A stretch of DNA of 64,000 nucleotides from Rickettsiales bacterium (GCA_018969185.1 JAGWYT010000003.1:3843-67842); one strand, 5' to 3'; numbered from the stretch's first letter, positions 8,301-16,949 are shown. The notes: generated by a model not told the origin, from the letters alone. Numbers and translations are program-made.

Positions 8301-10632
8301 ATCCCTTACTATTAGCTGCACTTCTAGCTTCATTAATTGCAGTATCTATAATGCTATTACGATACCTTGTTATTGGACTGTTCGGAAGTGCATCAAATGC
8401 TTTACCAATAGGTGAAGATGCAACAGCTTGTCCTAAAGCACTATTCGCTACAGCACGATACGCCTGCGTTCCTCCTTGAACTGCAGCACCAGCACCAAAT
8501 TTAAGACCTCCAATAGTACTCTGACGAGCAATTCTAGCAACATCATACACACCATATTCCTCCTTACTACCACCCATAATCTTATTCGCTAAATTCATAC
8601 CAGACTGACCTCTGCCAACACCATCACGATCCTTGTTAGCATCACCACCAATAGTAATCAAGTTACCAGAAATCATAGGAATCTGATTTACCACCATCTG
8701 CATAATAAATATCAAACCGCCAACAGTAACTATTGAAATACACCAATCAACCAAAGAACGATCGATATATGATTTAAGAACAGGAATTTTCATAAAAGGT
8801 ATTCCCCACATCTCAACGCAAGCCCTGTAAGATAGCATAGAAACAAATTCTCTATCAATTATGACAATAAAATTATATAGAAATATGAAGAGGAAAAGTA
8901 TTTCAAGAGATCTTGAACCAACATATGAAATCCATCTTTTAAAAATAGGATTGGTTTGTGCAAAAAGGCTGAAACACATGAATACTGGGCCTAAAGATAA
9001 AACAAAGGCAATCTTAATCACATTAATTATGTAGAATGTTGCAGAAAGCAAGACTACATAGATGAAATATGCTATTGATGCGTAAATAGCTAAAATATAT
9101 AAAATGCCAAAATAACTACCAAAAAACAAACCAAATATTTTTTTGGCAGCAGCTAAAGACATCAATTTTTTTATAGTAAGATCAATAAATGAGAAGCGAG
9201 TTGCATTGCTTACATCAGTGGCACGCTCCATTTGTGCAATAATTATTGATGTGTTTTCATCATTCAAATTACCATCTGATAGATCCATGAATAAGCCAAT
9301 CACGTAATCCATACTATCTTTAAAAAATGACACTATGATATCATTATAAAAAGACCAACTAGTTGGACTGGTAAAAAATATAATCAACCCAATTTTTAAA
9401 ACTCTGGTTGTTAATTCTTTTTTAGTAATTGCAGCAAGACCAAGCAAAGTGGCAAGGCCATAAAAGGCAATATACATTGAAAGAAGAATCTGTAAAACAG
9501 TGATAAATAAAGAATCTTGAACTATAGATAAATACATGTATCTGATAATTCCACCTTCCCTCTGGCAATGCCTCTTATGTGTCACACTATCTATTTCTAC
9601 ACAGGTACTAGAATCTATTTTTCCAAGAACAGTATCCTCAACTAAACCAACTAAATATTCCAATAATCCAGTATCATCAGCCTTACCAACCCCTTTAAAA
9701 AAATTAACATTATAGCTGCCATTATTGTCTAAATAATAGCTATCATAAATTACTAATTTTACATGCTCATTTGCAGTGTGAAAAGTGGCTGTTCCATTAT
9801 CATATCCATCATCATCAGTGTTATTATTGTATGGCGACGGTTTATTATCATCCTTAACAAATATTTTATCATGAGCACTTTTAAACATGTATTTTGTAAC
9901 ATCCTTACCATCCTCATCCTTACACTCACCATTACTATCAAGAGCAATATCACATACAGAACTTTCAGTAAATAAATGATAAACCCGAATTGGGGTTGTA
10001 ACACCATTTCTACCAAAAAGACCTAAATATAAACCCATTCCACCATCATATTTACAAATGCTCTGATCATTTGGAGTTAGCACATGTCCATATTTATCTT
10101 CATAATTTAGCGGAACATGATATGCTGTGTAGGCTGTCGCAACTCCATAAGTCTTGGTACATGTGCATTTCTTAGGATCGTTTTGATCAGCACCGCTACA
10201 ATCTACACCAGTAACTGGTGTATATCCATCAGCAGATATTTCTGGTTCTGAAATTTGATTTTTATAGCACAAACAATTGCCATCAACAATACTATCTTTC
10301 TTAGCGCAAAAATTACATCTTTCTAGATTATTAAATGCTGCTCCAGTAGTAGAACTACCAAACCAAGGAAGCCAAGAACCGGTAATTTGAATTACAAATT
10401 TATCACCATTTGATCTAAAACCAGTGTCAGTCCAGGTAACTTGTTGACCACCACTATCAGGAGTATCTAAATAATCCCCAGTAATGGCAGATGCACCAGG
10501 ATTTGAGCTAATACTAGAATAATTTCCATCGAATTGGTCGGCTTCGACGCACCCAGAATCACAAGAGGCGACAAGGAAAGCAAAAAAAATCACAGCAAAA
10601 ATCTTAGCAATTTTTTCTGCCAAATTCATCAT
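5398..10632 (-). CDS. giant TrbL/VirB6-like type IV secretion inner-membrane protein (lipoprotein signal, Cys-rich periplasmic domain, polytopic VirB6 core, about 1000 aa K/E-rich coiled-coil tail)
   Basis: 1744 aa, ATG start. Lipobox LVASC at aa 20-24. Residues around 370-665 form multiple TM helices with the TrbL/VirB6-like signature LSLGPVFMCFSLFAQTNPIFKRWISYV. The C-terminal part is low-complexity E/K-rich and heptad-like. Confidence 0.7.
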   Translation of the reverse strand: MMNLAEKIAKIFAVIFFAFLVASCDSGCVEADQFDGNYSSISSNPGASAITGDYLDTPDSGGQQVTWTDTGFRSNGDKFVIQITGSWLPWFGSSTTGAAFNNLERCNFCAKKDSIVDGNCLCYKNQISEPEISADGYTPVTGVDCSGADQNDPKKCTCTKTYGVATAYTAYHVPLNYEDKYGHVLTPNDQSICKYDGGMGLYLGLFGRNGVTTPIRVYHLFTESSVCDIALDSNGECKDEDGKDVTKYMFKSAHDKIFVKDDNKPSPYNNNTDDDGYDNGTATFHTANEHVKLVIYDSYYLDNNGSYNVNFFKGVGKADDTGLLEYLVGLVEDTVLGKIDSSTCVEIDSVTHKRHCQREGGIIRYMYLSIVQDSLFITVLQILLSMYIAFYGLATLLGLAAITKKELTTRVLKIGLIIFFTSPTSWSFYNDIIVSFFKDSMDYVIGLFMDLSDGNLNDENTSIIIAQMERATDVSNATRFSFIDLTIKKLMSLAAAKKIFGLFFGSYFGILYILAIYASIAYFIYVVLLSATFYIINVIKIAFVLSLGPVFMCFSLFAQTNPIFKRWISYVGSRSLEILFLFIFLYNFIVIIDREFVSMLSYRACVEMWGIPFMKIPVLKSYIDRSLVDWCISIVTVGGLIFIMQMVVNQIPMISGNLITIGGDANKDRDGVGRGQSGMNLANKIMGGSKEEYGVYDVARIARQSTIGGLKFGAGAAVQGGTQAYRAVANSALGQAVASSPIGKAFDALPNSPITRYRNSIIDTAINEARSAANSKGLTGVKADAFIRTTALSKLQQQMHRNYAANKPDGPKTYDPTGMKLAGVNMTSIVKRFDEVLVKEPLKNFIKKESEKMNKSSDPIFGKERQERLKEKALQFAESSFSGGRAAAQEHLGNLNSFIKKQSVAETSDAAKSVLNNEDAKSRYLQHLKDNEISLNQKIEENKYTSSGRVNVSGRISNAYRVVQGVFNRNDKNNPVKEREIFLRKLEKLERMDKNSNKGGLKGLKGIDRITKPVGHARDKLTGNLVFGRLLGSSTAVQSDIDAQLKSLRESVRDRNNIIERDKKSVEIAHLRKTYELDKSIKSVNERIAECNYKMEKNEESKQNLIKDKEEREKMFKESRLGERNSHLKDINILQKKIDEISKNQKSLEKEKEALEAKSKRLLDSKKLIDEGIKREKDAIDEREKLINSRRKEYEDHMKQIVEKDIDDALKSGQDRKVLLAEAENRLYDVKNALIMRRKEDVKKSEKELEKAKEELEKKKLEAEKLKDEDAKKAQKEVEDLERIVKEKRLEVKERERIVMDIKKRGSDAMNRVEYEVETVNLSNGKEVTMLEEIARIDYLNKMIEESNKGRQANIVISSKKGSAQGANSQTEEEIVIEEEAINSQDEEILRDDLISESNKKEMNEKELEQEEELQLEEVLNEREEKDIENVLKESELKLQKIIVEKINLRVGLNKITKVEVGDVLKEIEIISEIVAEKNGQGAVDRNNSDYAKYLEMSSEDLKKSFDIAAKIIEVENRELTANKIYEVQKAKMALIQVEKKYINFHKNSKNNDTDEDEESIRDEILIAKENLSVARMNLIIDQQQYLEIVDNKITVIEATINGDIAKGNNLEEVKKKLEEMNNTLEEIKKDKDVADDYTDSEKADNTKKDDKLDKTSSDKRVLKDSYSMDKELTLSKAKLAKLKISVKKEELKILQAKDAATLTAEERVKVSTLENDITSLQSEVESHTSEARNIDAKITSLDS

Positions 10633-10669
10633 TAGATAAGAAAAATTAAGGAGATAAATCTACAGCAAA

Positions 10670-10757
10670 TGGTACCTGCGGCCGGACTTGAACCGGCAAG
10701 GGCGTTAAGGCCCCACGGATTTTAAGTCCGTTATGTCTACCATTCCATCACGCAGGC
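10670..10757 (-). tRNA. tRNA-Leu (anticodon TAA), long variable arm, encoded CCA
   Basis: Reverse complement: GCCTGCG-TG-ATGGAATGGTAGACAT-A-ACGGA-CTTAAAA-TCCGT-GGGGCCTTAACGCCCTT-GCCGG-TTCAAGT-CCGGC-CGCAGGT-A-CCA. Confidence 0.9.
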
Positions 10758-10835
10758 AAAGACTCAAAAGAGCGCGTTAAGATAATTTTTTTAAGAGCAA
10801 ATTGCAAGAGGAATTTCGATAATTTCTATACTTTA

Positions 10836-10936
10836 AACTCATGAGATCATTCGGCTTCGCCTCAGGATGATACGTTTTTGTCATCTTGAGCTATAGAATT
10901 TCTTCTAGAAATTATTAGCGAAAGATCTCATGAGTT
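10836..10936. repeat. family-1 palindromic repeat (circularly permuted module order)
   Basis: Outer arms aactcatgagatc (10836-10848) / gatctcatgagtt (10924-10936). Inside are cctcaggatga ... ttgtcatcttgagc and tagaatttcttctagaaatta modules shared with other copies. Confidence 0.6.
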
Positions 10937-10949
10937 GTATAAAATAAAA

Positions 10950-13682
10950 CTACAAAACAACTTCAACCAATTTCTCAGAATTCACAAACTCCAGATTCTC
11001 AGCATTGCAAACATTTTTTAAATCTTCAGAAATTTCAGATAAATCAACTTTAGAACTTACAATTAATTTCTTCACCGTTGTTTTCATCGAAATATTTTTT
11101 TCTGACTTAAATTTTCTAACTTCAAAAATCACCGCTAATGCTTCCTGCCCTATTTCAAAAGCTTTTTGATTAAATAATTTTTCTGATAATTTTGGCCAAT
11201 TACCGCGAGCATTAATTGATTTAGTTTGTGCAAATTCTTCAACAAAAATTGTTGAATAAATTTCATCACAAACATGCGGAATGAATGGTGCGAAGAGTTT
11301 TAGTAAAGTGTTTAAGCAAATTTTTAAAGTTACAATTGCGCTTTGTTGTTTTGCTTCAATTTCTTTTTTCTGAATTTCATTTAACTCAGCTCCCGCAAGC
11401 TTTTCCGCCGCAATTCCATAAGAACGCACTTTGCAAATTTCTAAATAATTATCACAAAAATCACGCCAGAAAAATTCTTCAATTGCTTCGCGAGCTCTGG
11501 CATATTCAAATTGCTCAAATTCTGCAGTTGCTTTAGATACTGTTTGCTGTAAGCGTGATAAAATCCATAGATCAGATGTTTCGGTGATTAACTTGTCATC
11601 TTGAGCTTTACAATCGCTTTTAGCGATTGTTAGCGAAAGATCTCGTGCAACATTCTGAGATTCTTCGCTACGCTCAGAATGACAATTTAATAATTCAAAA
11701 TTCATCGAGGCAAATTTTGCCGCATTGAAAAGCTTGGTCACAAGTTTTTGTCCAATTTTAAAAACTTCCTCAGAGTAAGCGGTGTCAGCTCCAAGATGCG
11801 AAGTTGAAGCCCAATAGCGCACAATATCCGAACCTTTTTCTTCAATTAATGCAGTTGGCGTAACAACATTTCCTTTTGATTTACTCATCTTAGTTTTGTC
11901 GGCAGCCAAGCACCAGCCTGATATCATCAAGTTTTTCCATGGAATTGAATTTTGATGAAGTGCCGCTTTTACAATTGTATAAAATGCCCAAGTTCTAATA
12001 ATTTCATGGGCTTGTGGACGTAAGTCAGCAGGAAATAATTTTTCATGACGTGCTTTATCAAAAGAAATTTCATTTGAGATTCCTTTGCTTGAAAGCTGCG
12101 GGCTGATTGACGAAGTTGCCCAAGTATCCATGATGTCTGTTTCAGGAAAAATAGTATACTTTTTACCACCTTTAGTAGCAGTATAGTAATAAGGCACACC
12201 TTTTTCATCATTATGCTGAACTGCAACGTAATTCTCATAACCTTTTGGCGCAGTTTGTAATGGATCTACAGGAAGTTGATCAACATCAGCAATCACCAAC
12301 TGTTCAGTTTCTGGATCATTATTTTCTCTAACTCTCCATACTGGAAATTTTACACCAAAAAATCTTTGGCGGCTGATACACCAATCCCATTGAAGTCCGT
12401 CAATCCATTGGTCAATTCGCACTTTCATGTAATCAGGATACCAATTACACTCAGCAGCTTTTTCTTTTAGTAATTCTTTTTTATCTAGAACTTTGATGAA
12501 CCATTGCGGAACAACAAGAATTTCAATTGGCACACCAGAACGTTCCGCACATTTTACAGCACGCTTGATTGGCTCTTGTCTGATAGTAAGATTTTGCTCT
12601 TTAAAAGCATTAATTACCCATTCTTTAGCTTCCTTTATCGAGCGACCTTTTTCACCGCCATGATAACCCTCAATCGCACTTTTCGTTTTTGATTGGTCTA
12701 AATGTAAATGAATCGTATTACCAGCGGCTATCTTAGAAAGAGCTGCCCAATTAGTTCTACCAGATTCTGTAATAATAACATTAGGCTCTCCTAAACTATG
12801 AGTTTTCCACCACTTTATGTCCGTCTCATCACCAAAAGTACAACACATCACTGCACCAGTTCCTTTATCTAACTGAACCAATTCATCACAAATAATCGGA
12901 ACTCTAATTCCAAAAATTGGTGTTATTGCATGCTGACCATGGAATTTTTTATAACGCTCGTCTTCTGGATGCACCATTACCGCAACACAAGCAGGAAGTA
13001 GTTCTGGACGAGTTGTCATTATTTCTATTTTCTTTCCAACTCCCTCATCAACTTCAAATTCAATATAATTCATCATTCCTTCAACTTCCTTATCAATAAG
13101 GTCGGCTTGCGCTAAAGCGGTGCGATCAGAAATGTCCCAAAAAACTGGTTCGAATTTTTTTTCAACTAAACCTTTCTTATATAAATCAAGAAAAGATGCT
13201 TGTGAAATTTTTTGTGATTCAGGTGAGATAGTTTGATATTTCTGTTTCCAATCAACTGATAAAGCAATTGAATTAAATAATGCTTCAAATTCTTCTTCAG
13301 CTGCAGCAACCTCTTCACGGCATTTTTTTACGAAAGATCCATGACCATTTTCATGCTCATAAACTCCCGCCTTTTTGCCAATAATTTTTTCAACTAAACG
13401 TTCTGTAGGAAGTCCATTATCATCAAATCCCATCGGGTAAAATACATCCTTGCCACTCATTCTTTGAAAACGCGCAACGAAATCAGCTTGCGTGTAAGAA
13501 AAAACGTGACCCATGTGTAAAAGCCCTGAAACTGTAGGTGGAGGCGTATCAATTACAAAAGTTTCTGATTTTTCTTTATCATTTTTAAAAGCAAAAATAC
13601 CCTGCTCTTTCCAATTGTTTTGCCAAAATTTCTCACGCGTTTTAGCGTCGTATTTCTCAGGTAAAGATTTTTTTTCTGTCAT
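10950..13682 (-). CDS. valS: valine--tRNA ligase (archaeal/Rickettsia-type), carrying an in-frame palindromic-repeat insertion
   Basis: 910 aa, ATG start. HIGH-type LLHMGHVFSY and KMSKSKGN motifs. The N-terminal IDTPPPTVSGLLHMGH...YPMGFDDNGLPTE resembles archaeal-genre ValRS. Confidence 0.95.
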   Translation of the reverse strand: MTEKKSLPEKYDAKTREKFWQNNWKEQGIFAFKNDKEKSETFVIDTPPPTVSGLLHMGHVFSYTQADFVARFQRMSGKDVFYPMGFDDNGLPTERLVEKIIGKKAGVYEHENGHGSFVKKCREEVAAAEEEFEALFNSIALSVDWKQKYQTISPESQKISQASFLDLYKKGLVEKKFEPVFWDISDRTALAQADLIDKEVEGMMNYIEFEVDEGVGKKIEIMTTRPELLPACVAVMVHPEDERYKKFHGQHAITPIFGIRVPIICDELVQLDKGTGAVMCCTFGDETDIKWWKTHSLGEPNVIITESGRTNWAALSKIAAGNTIHLHLDQSKTKSAIEGYHGGEKGRSIKEAKEWVINAFKEQNLTIRQEPIKRAVKCAERSGVPIEILVVPQWFIKVLDKKELLKEKAAECNWYPDYMKVRIDQWIDGLQWDWCISRQRFFGVKFPVWRVRENNDPETEQLVIADVDQLPVDPLQTAPKGYENYVAVQHNDEKGVPYYYTATKGGKKYTIFPETDIMDTWATSSISPQLSSKGISNEISFDKARHEKLFPADLRPQAHEIIRTWAFYTIVKAALHQNSIPWKNLMISGWCLAADKTKMSKSKGNVVTPTALIEEKGSDIVRYWASTSHLGADTAYSEEVFKIGQKLVTKLFNAAKFASMNFELLNCHSERSEESQNVARDLSLTIAKSDCKAQDDKLITETSDLWILSRLQQTVSKATAEFEQFEYARAREAIEEFFWRDFCDNYLEICKVRSYGIAAEKLAGAELNEIQKKEIEAKQQSAIVTLKICLNTLLKLFAPFIPHVCDEIYSTIFVEEFAQTKSINARGNWPKLSEKLFNQKAFEIGQEALAVIFEVRKFKSEKNISMKTTVKKLIVSSKVDLSEISEDLKNVCNAENLEFVNSEKLVEVVL
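11594..11685. repeat. family-1 palindromic repeat inserted in-frame within valS
   Basis: tgtcatcttgagc...aatcgcttttagcgatt...gcgaaagatctcgtgc...gagattcttcgc...gctcagaatgaca. It is translated as CHSERSEESQNVARDLSLTIAKSDCKAQDDK in a loop that is about 19 aa in E. coli ValRS. Confidence 0.75.
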
Positions 13683-13700
13683 ATTTTAAAGATAAATCCT

Positions 13701-13854
13701 CCGTCATGCCTAACGGCATGACACCTCCTTTTTCAAAGGAGGTTGTTAAGGGAAAACCCTCTTTGACAATCGCTTTAGCGATTGCAACTTCTTACTTAGA
13801 AAAAATAAATTCTAAGTAAAAAGAGGGTAGCAGCGCACGTAGTGCGCTGACGGG
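13701..13854. repeat. about 155-nt multi-hairpin palindromic element in the valS leader / bamB 3' region
   Basis: Closed by ccgtca (13701-13706) / tgacgg (13849-13854). Nested hairpins: gtcatgcc/ggcatgac, cctcctt/aaggagg, ccctcttt/aaagaggg enclosing aatcgctttagcgatt and ttacttaga/tctaagtaa, and cagcgcac/gtgcgctg. Confidence 0.55.
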
Positions 13855-13875
13855 TGATTTAAAAAAATTCAAAAT

Positions 13876-15231
13876 TTACTTCACTTCTAGAAGATCAATA
13901 GTAAATCTACCAAGCCTATGTAAATAAATTCTATCGCCAACAACCACTGGTGCATGATAAGTTCTTTCATCAGTGTCATAAGTTTTTTCAAGCCTGCCAT
14001 CAAGAGGAGAAACAATTAATAACTCACCCTCATTATTAGAAATCACTAATTTATCACCCGCCATAATCACACCATCATAAATAATTTTTGTTTGTGGCTT
14101 ATCTTTTTTCTTCAAATTTGGCAATTGCGAAATCCATTTAATGCCACCAGTTTTTCTGTGAACTGCAATTAATCTATTATCATTATTTATTACAAAGAGA
14201 AAATCTCCCGCAAGCCAGAAATCAGTAATTCCGGCAATTTCTCTTTTCCATAAAATATTACTATTTTTAGCATTAATTGCCATCATCAAACCACCATTAC
14301 CAATTGAATAAATAACATCATCTTTAATTAAAGGTGTTGCATCAATATCATTTAAATAAAAGTCAGAACTGTTTGCTTTGTTTAAATTCAAGTCTTGCGA
14401 CCATAAAACTTCACCATCATTTTTCTTAATTGCATAAATTTCTCCCGAAGAAAATGAAGCAATTATTTGATCATTATAAAGAACAGGATCAGCCGCACCA
14501 AAAATTGCCGTAGTGCGCAAAATTGCTGAAGACACCCATTGTAACTCGCCATTTGAGGCATTCAAAGCATAAAGCTTATTATCATTAGTTGTTACAAAAA
14601 CTGATTTACCATCAGAAATTGGGGTTGAAACTGGAATTGAAGAAATATCTTTTGACCACAATAAATTTCCATTAACCGCACTTGCAGCGGCAATTTTATT
14701 AACTCCGGCAACAGCAAAAATTTTATTATCAGCGTAGAAAATCTTTGGGCTTTGATAATTCTTTAAAAATTTATAAGCAAAAATTCTGCTTTTCCATAAT
14801 CTCTTTTTTGAGTTAATGTCATAGCATGAAAGCACGCCAGAAGAGTTTAGAAGAAATATTTTATTATCTTTTATGATCGGTGAAAAAACAAAATCATCGC
14901 TTTCAGTATAAGAAAAATTCGACCAAATTTGCGAAGTTTCTTTTAGTGAAATTTTCTCAACATTACTGAAAAAACCACTTTTCTTTAAAAAGTTTTTAGA
15001 GAGATTCTCTATTCTTTGATTGGCATTACTTCCAGCGCCATTCCAAATATTATTTTTCTGCTGTTTTGGCAAAATAACTGGCACATCTTTTAGTGTCTTA
15101 TCAACTTTTAGAGTATCAATAATTGCAAAGGCAGAAATTGCTTTCTTCTTATCATAATCATCTTTTTTATCAGCACATGATGATAAAAAAAGTGATAAAA
15201 TAATAATGGAAAGTAGCTTAGAATTTTTCAT
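13876..15231 (-). CDS. bamB: outer membrane protein assembly factor BamB (PQQ-like beta-propeller lipoprotein)
   Basis: 451 aa, ATG start. Lipobox LSSC. Repeated propeller blades (G.LLW, G.L.AL....G...W). Typical position downstream of a yfgM-like gene. Confidence 0.85.
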   Translation of the reverse strand: MKNSKLLSIIILSLFLSSCADKKDDYDKKKAISAFAIIDTLKVDKTLKDVPVILPKQQKNNIWNGAGSNANQRIENLSKNFLKKSGFFSNVEKISLKETSQIWSNFSYTESDDFVFSPIIKDNKIFLLNSSGVLSCYDINSKKRLWKSRIFAYKFLKNYQSPKIFYADNKIFAVAGVNKIAAASAVNGNLLWSKDISSIPVSTPISDGKSVFVTTNDNKLYALNASNGELQWVSSAILRTTAIFGAADPVLYNDQIIASFSSGEIYAIKKNDGEVLWSQDLNLNKANSSDFYLNDIDATPLIKDDVIYSIGNGGLMMAINAKNSNILWKREIAGITDFWLAGDFLFVINNDNRLIAVHRKTGGIKWISQLPNLKKKDKPQTKIIYDGVIMAGDKLVISNNEGELLIVSPLDGRLEKTYDTDERTYHAPVVVGDRIYLHRLGRFTIDLLEVK

Positions 15232-15944
15232 TAATTAGATGCTTCTTTTGCTTTAACTTCATAACCATTAGAAACCACTATTTTCATGGCCTCACCTGCT
15301 CTCTTCTTAAGAGCTTCATCTGCTTCAGGATTTTTTGCTAAAGATTCAAAAATAGCATAGGATTTATCTAAATTGTTTTTTATTAATTCAAACCAACCTT
15401 TTTGTTCAGTAATTTGATATCTCAATTCTTTGCTGTTTGATTCAATCTTTTCAATTCTTGCTAAAAGATCATCTTTTTGAATTTCATTTTCGTCAGATAA
15501 CCAAACTCTAACTGTCAATAATCCAGCTAAATCTTTAAGATAAGCATCGCAAGTTCTACATTGATTTACCTGTTGATACAAGGCAACTGCTTCTGGTTTT
15601 TTATTTTCATCTAATAATAAAGCCGCTAAACGAAGTGTTGCTAAAGCCTTGATATTTCTTGGTGTAAGACCACTATCAACAACTTCTTGCAAACTATTTT
15701 TAGCCTTATCTAAATTACCTTCTTGTTGATCAATAGTTGATTGTTGTAAAACTGCTGAGAATTTCTTTTCTTGTGAAGTTTGAAATGCGTCAAACACAAC
15801 AAAACCAACCACCACAACCAAAGATAAAATTGCAGCCACAGTAATAATTTTACGATTAAGTGTAAAAAATTGCTTAATGCTATCTGCTCTAGCTTCTGAT
15901 TTAGCCTGATGAATTATACTATTCATTTCATTATTTTCTGACAT
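15231..15944 (-). CDS. YfgM-like TPR membrane protein (ancillary SecYEG/chaperone family)
   Basis: 237 aa, ATG start. One N-terminal TM helix (IITVAAILSLVVVVGFVVF) followed by TPR-like helices. A 1-nt overlap with bamB matches the conserved yfgM-bamB pairing. Confidence 0.65.
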   Translation of the reverse strand: MSENNEMNSIIHQAKSEARADSIKQFFTLNRKIITVAAILSLVVVVGFVVFDAFQTSQEKKFSAVLQQSTIDQQEGNLDKAKNSLQEVVDSGLTPRNIKALATLRLAALLLDENKKPEAVALYQQVNQCRTCDAYLKDLAGLLTVRVWLSDENEIQKDDLLARIEKIESNSKELRYQITEQKGWFELIKNNLDKSYAIFESLAKNPEADEALKKRAGEAMKIVVSNGYEVKAKEASN

Positions 15945-15984
15945 GTTTTTTAAAAAAATTTAAATTATTAATTTTATATGTCTT

Positions 15985-16046
15985 GTCATCCTGAGCGAAG
16001 AATCTCATGAAGCGCACGAGATTCTTTACTTCGTTCAGAATGACAC
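15985..16046. repeat. family-1 palindromic repeat (short form)
   Basis: gtcatcctgagcgaagaatctcatgaagcgcacgagattctttacttcgttcagaatgac. Terminal and internal inverted repeats are homologous to the valS-internal copy. Confidence 0.7.
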
Positions 16047-16052
16047 GATGTG

Positions 16053-16949
16053 TCAATTTTTACTATCCTCAATCAATCTTAGACAACAATCTAGCGTATT
16101 TCTAAGTAAGTAAGTGATAGTCATGGGACCAACTCCTCCAGGAACTGGAGTAATTGCCTTCACAACATTCTTAACATTTTCAAAATCAACATCTCCAACT
16201 AATTTGGTTTTTCCATTATCTAAATTAATACGGTTAATTCCAACATCAATCACAACCGCATCTTTCTTCACCATATCGGCTTTAATTAAGTTAGGAACGC
16301 CTGCTGCAGAAATTAAAATATCAGCTTGTAAGCATTCTGCTCTCAAATCTTTAGTTGAACTATTAGCAATTGTAACGGTGCATCTTTCAAGCATTAATAA
16401 TCTTGCCAAAGGTCTTCCAACAATATTTGAAGCTCCAACAATAACTGCTTTTAGGCCAGATAAATCATAACCTAAAACTGATTTTATTAAATATACACAA
16501 CCAAGCGGCGTGCATGGAACAACAGCCTTTTCATGCCCTTCAACTTCTCCAACTGAAAGCTTACCAACATTGATTACATGGAATCCATCAACATCTTTGC
16601 GATGATCAATGGTGCGAATAACTTTTTTAGTATCAATATGTTTAGGAAGCGGCAATTGCACCAGAATGCCGTGAATTTTTCTGTCATTATTTAACTCTTC
16701 AATCTGTGAAACTAAAGCTTCTTCAGAAATATCAGCTGCTAATTTATATTGCAGAGAGTTCATTCCCACCAAATGCGCAGCACGTTCTTTATTGCTCACA
16801 TAAACTTCACTTGCCGGATCATTTCCAACTAAAATGACTGCAAGACTTGGCGTAACGTGATGCTCTTTCTTTATTTTATCAACTTGTTTGGCAATTTCTG
16901 CTTTTATTGAAGCAGCAATTTCTTTGCCGTTAATTATTTGCGCTGTCAT
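16053..16949 (-). CDS. folD: bifunctional methylenetetrahydrofolate dehydrogenase / methenyl-THF cyclohydrolase
   Basis: 298 aa, ATG start. AVILVGNDPASEVYVSNKERA, HGILVQLPLP, DVDGFH, PCTPLG, VIVGASNIVGRPLA and TPVPGGVGPMTI are canonical FolD motifs. Confidence 0.95.
   Translation of the reverse strand: MTAQIINGKEIAASIKAEIAKQVDKIKKEHHVTPSLAVILVGNDPASEVYVSNKERAAHLVGMNSLQYKLAADISEEALVSQIEELNNDRKIHGILVQLPLPKHIDTKKVIRTIDHRKDVDGFHVINVGKLSVGEVEGHEKAVVPCTPLGCVYLIKSVLGYDLSGLKAVIVGASNIVGRPLARLLMLERCTVTIANSSTKDLRAECLQADILISAAGVPNLIKADMVKKDAVVIDVGINRINLDNGKTKLVGDVDFENVKNVVKAITPVPGGVGPMTITYLLRNTLDCCLRLIEDSKN

Noticed and set aside
13657..13719. 20-codon upstream ORF (MPLGMTEDLSLKYDRKKIFT) with an AAGGAGG 4 nt upstream, overlapping the valS start
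   Set aside because: Both the SD-like sequence and the ATG come from hairpin arms of the repeat element (cctcctt/aaggagg, gtcatgcc). Without conservation or ribosome-profiling data, I treat it as a by-product of the repeat.
16114..16470. 118-aa plus-strand ORF inside folD
   Set aside because: It is antisense to a canonical FolD. It has no motif and its composition is the typical shadow-frame kind.
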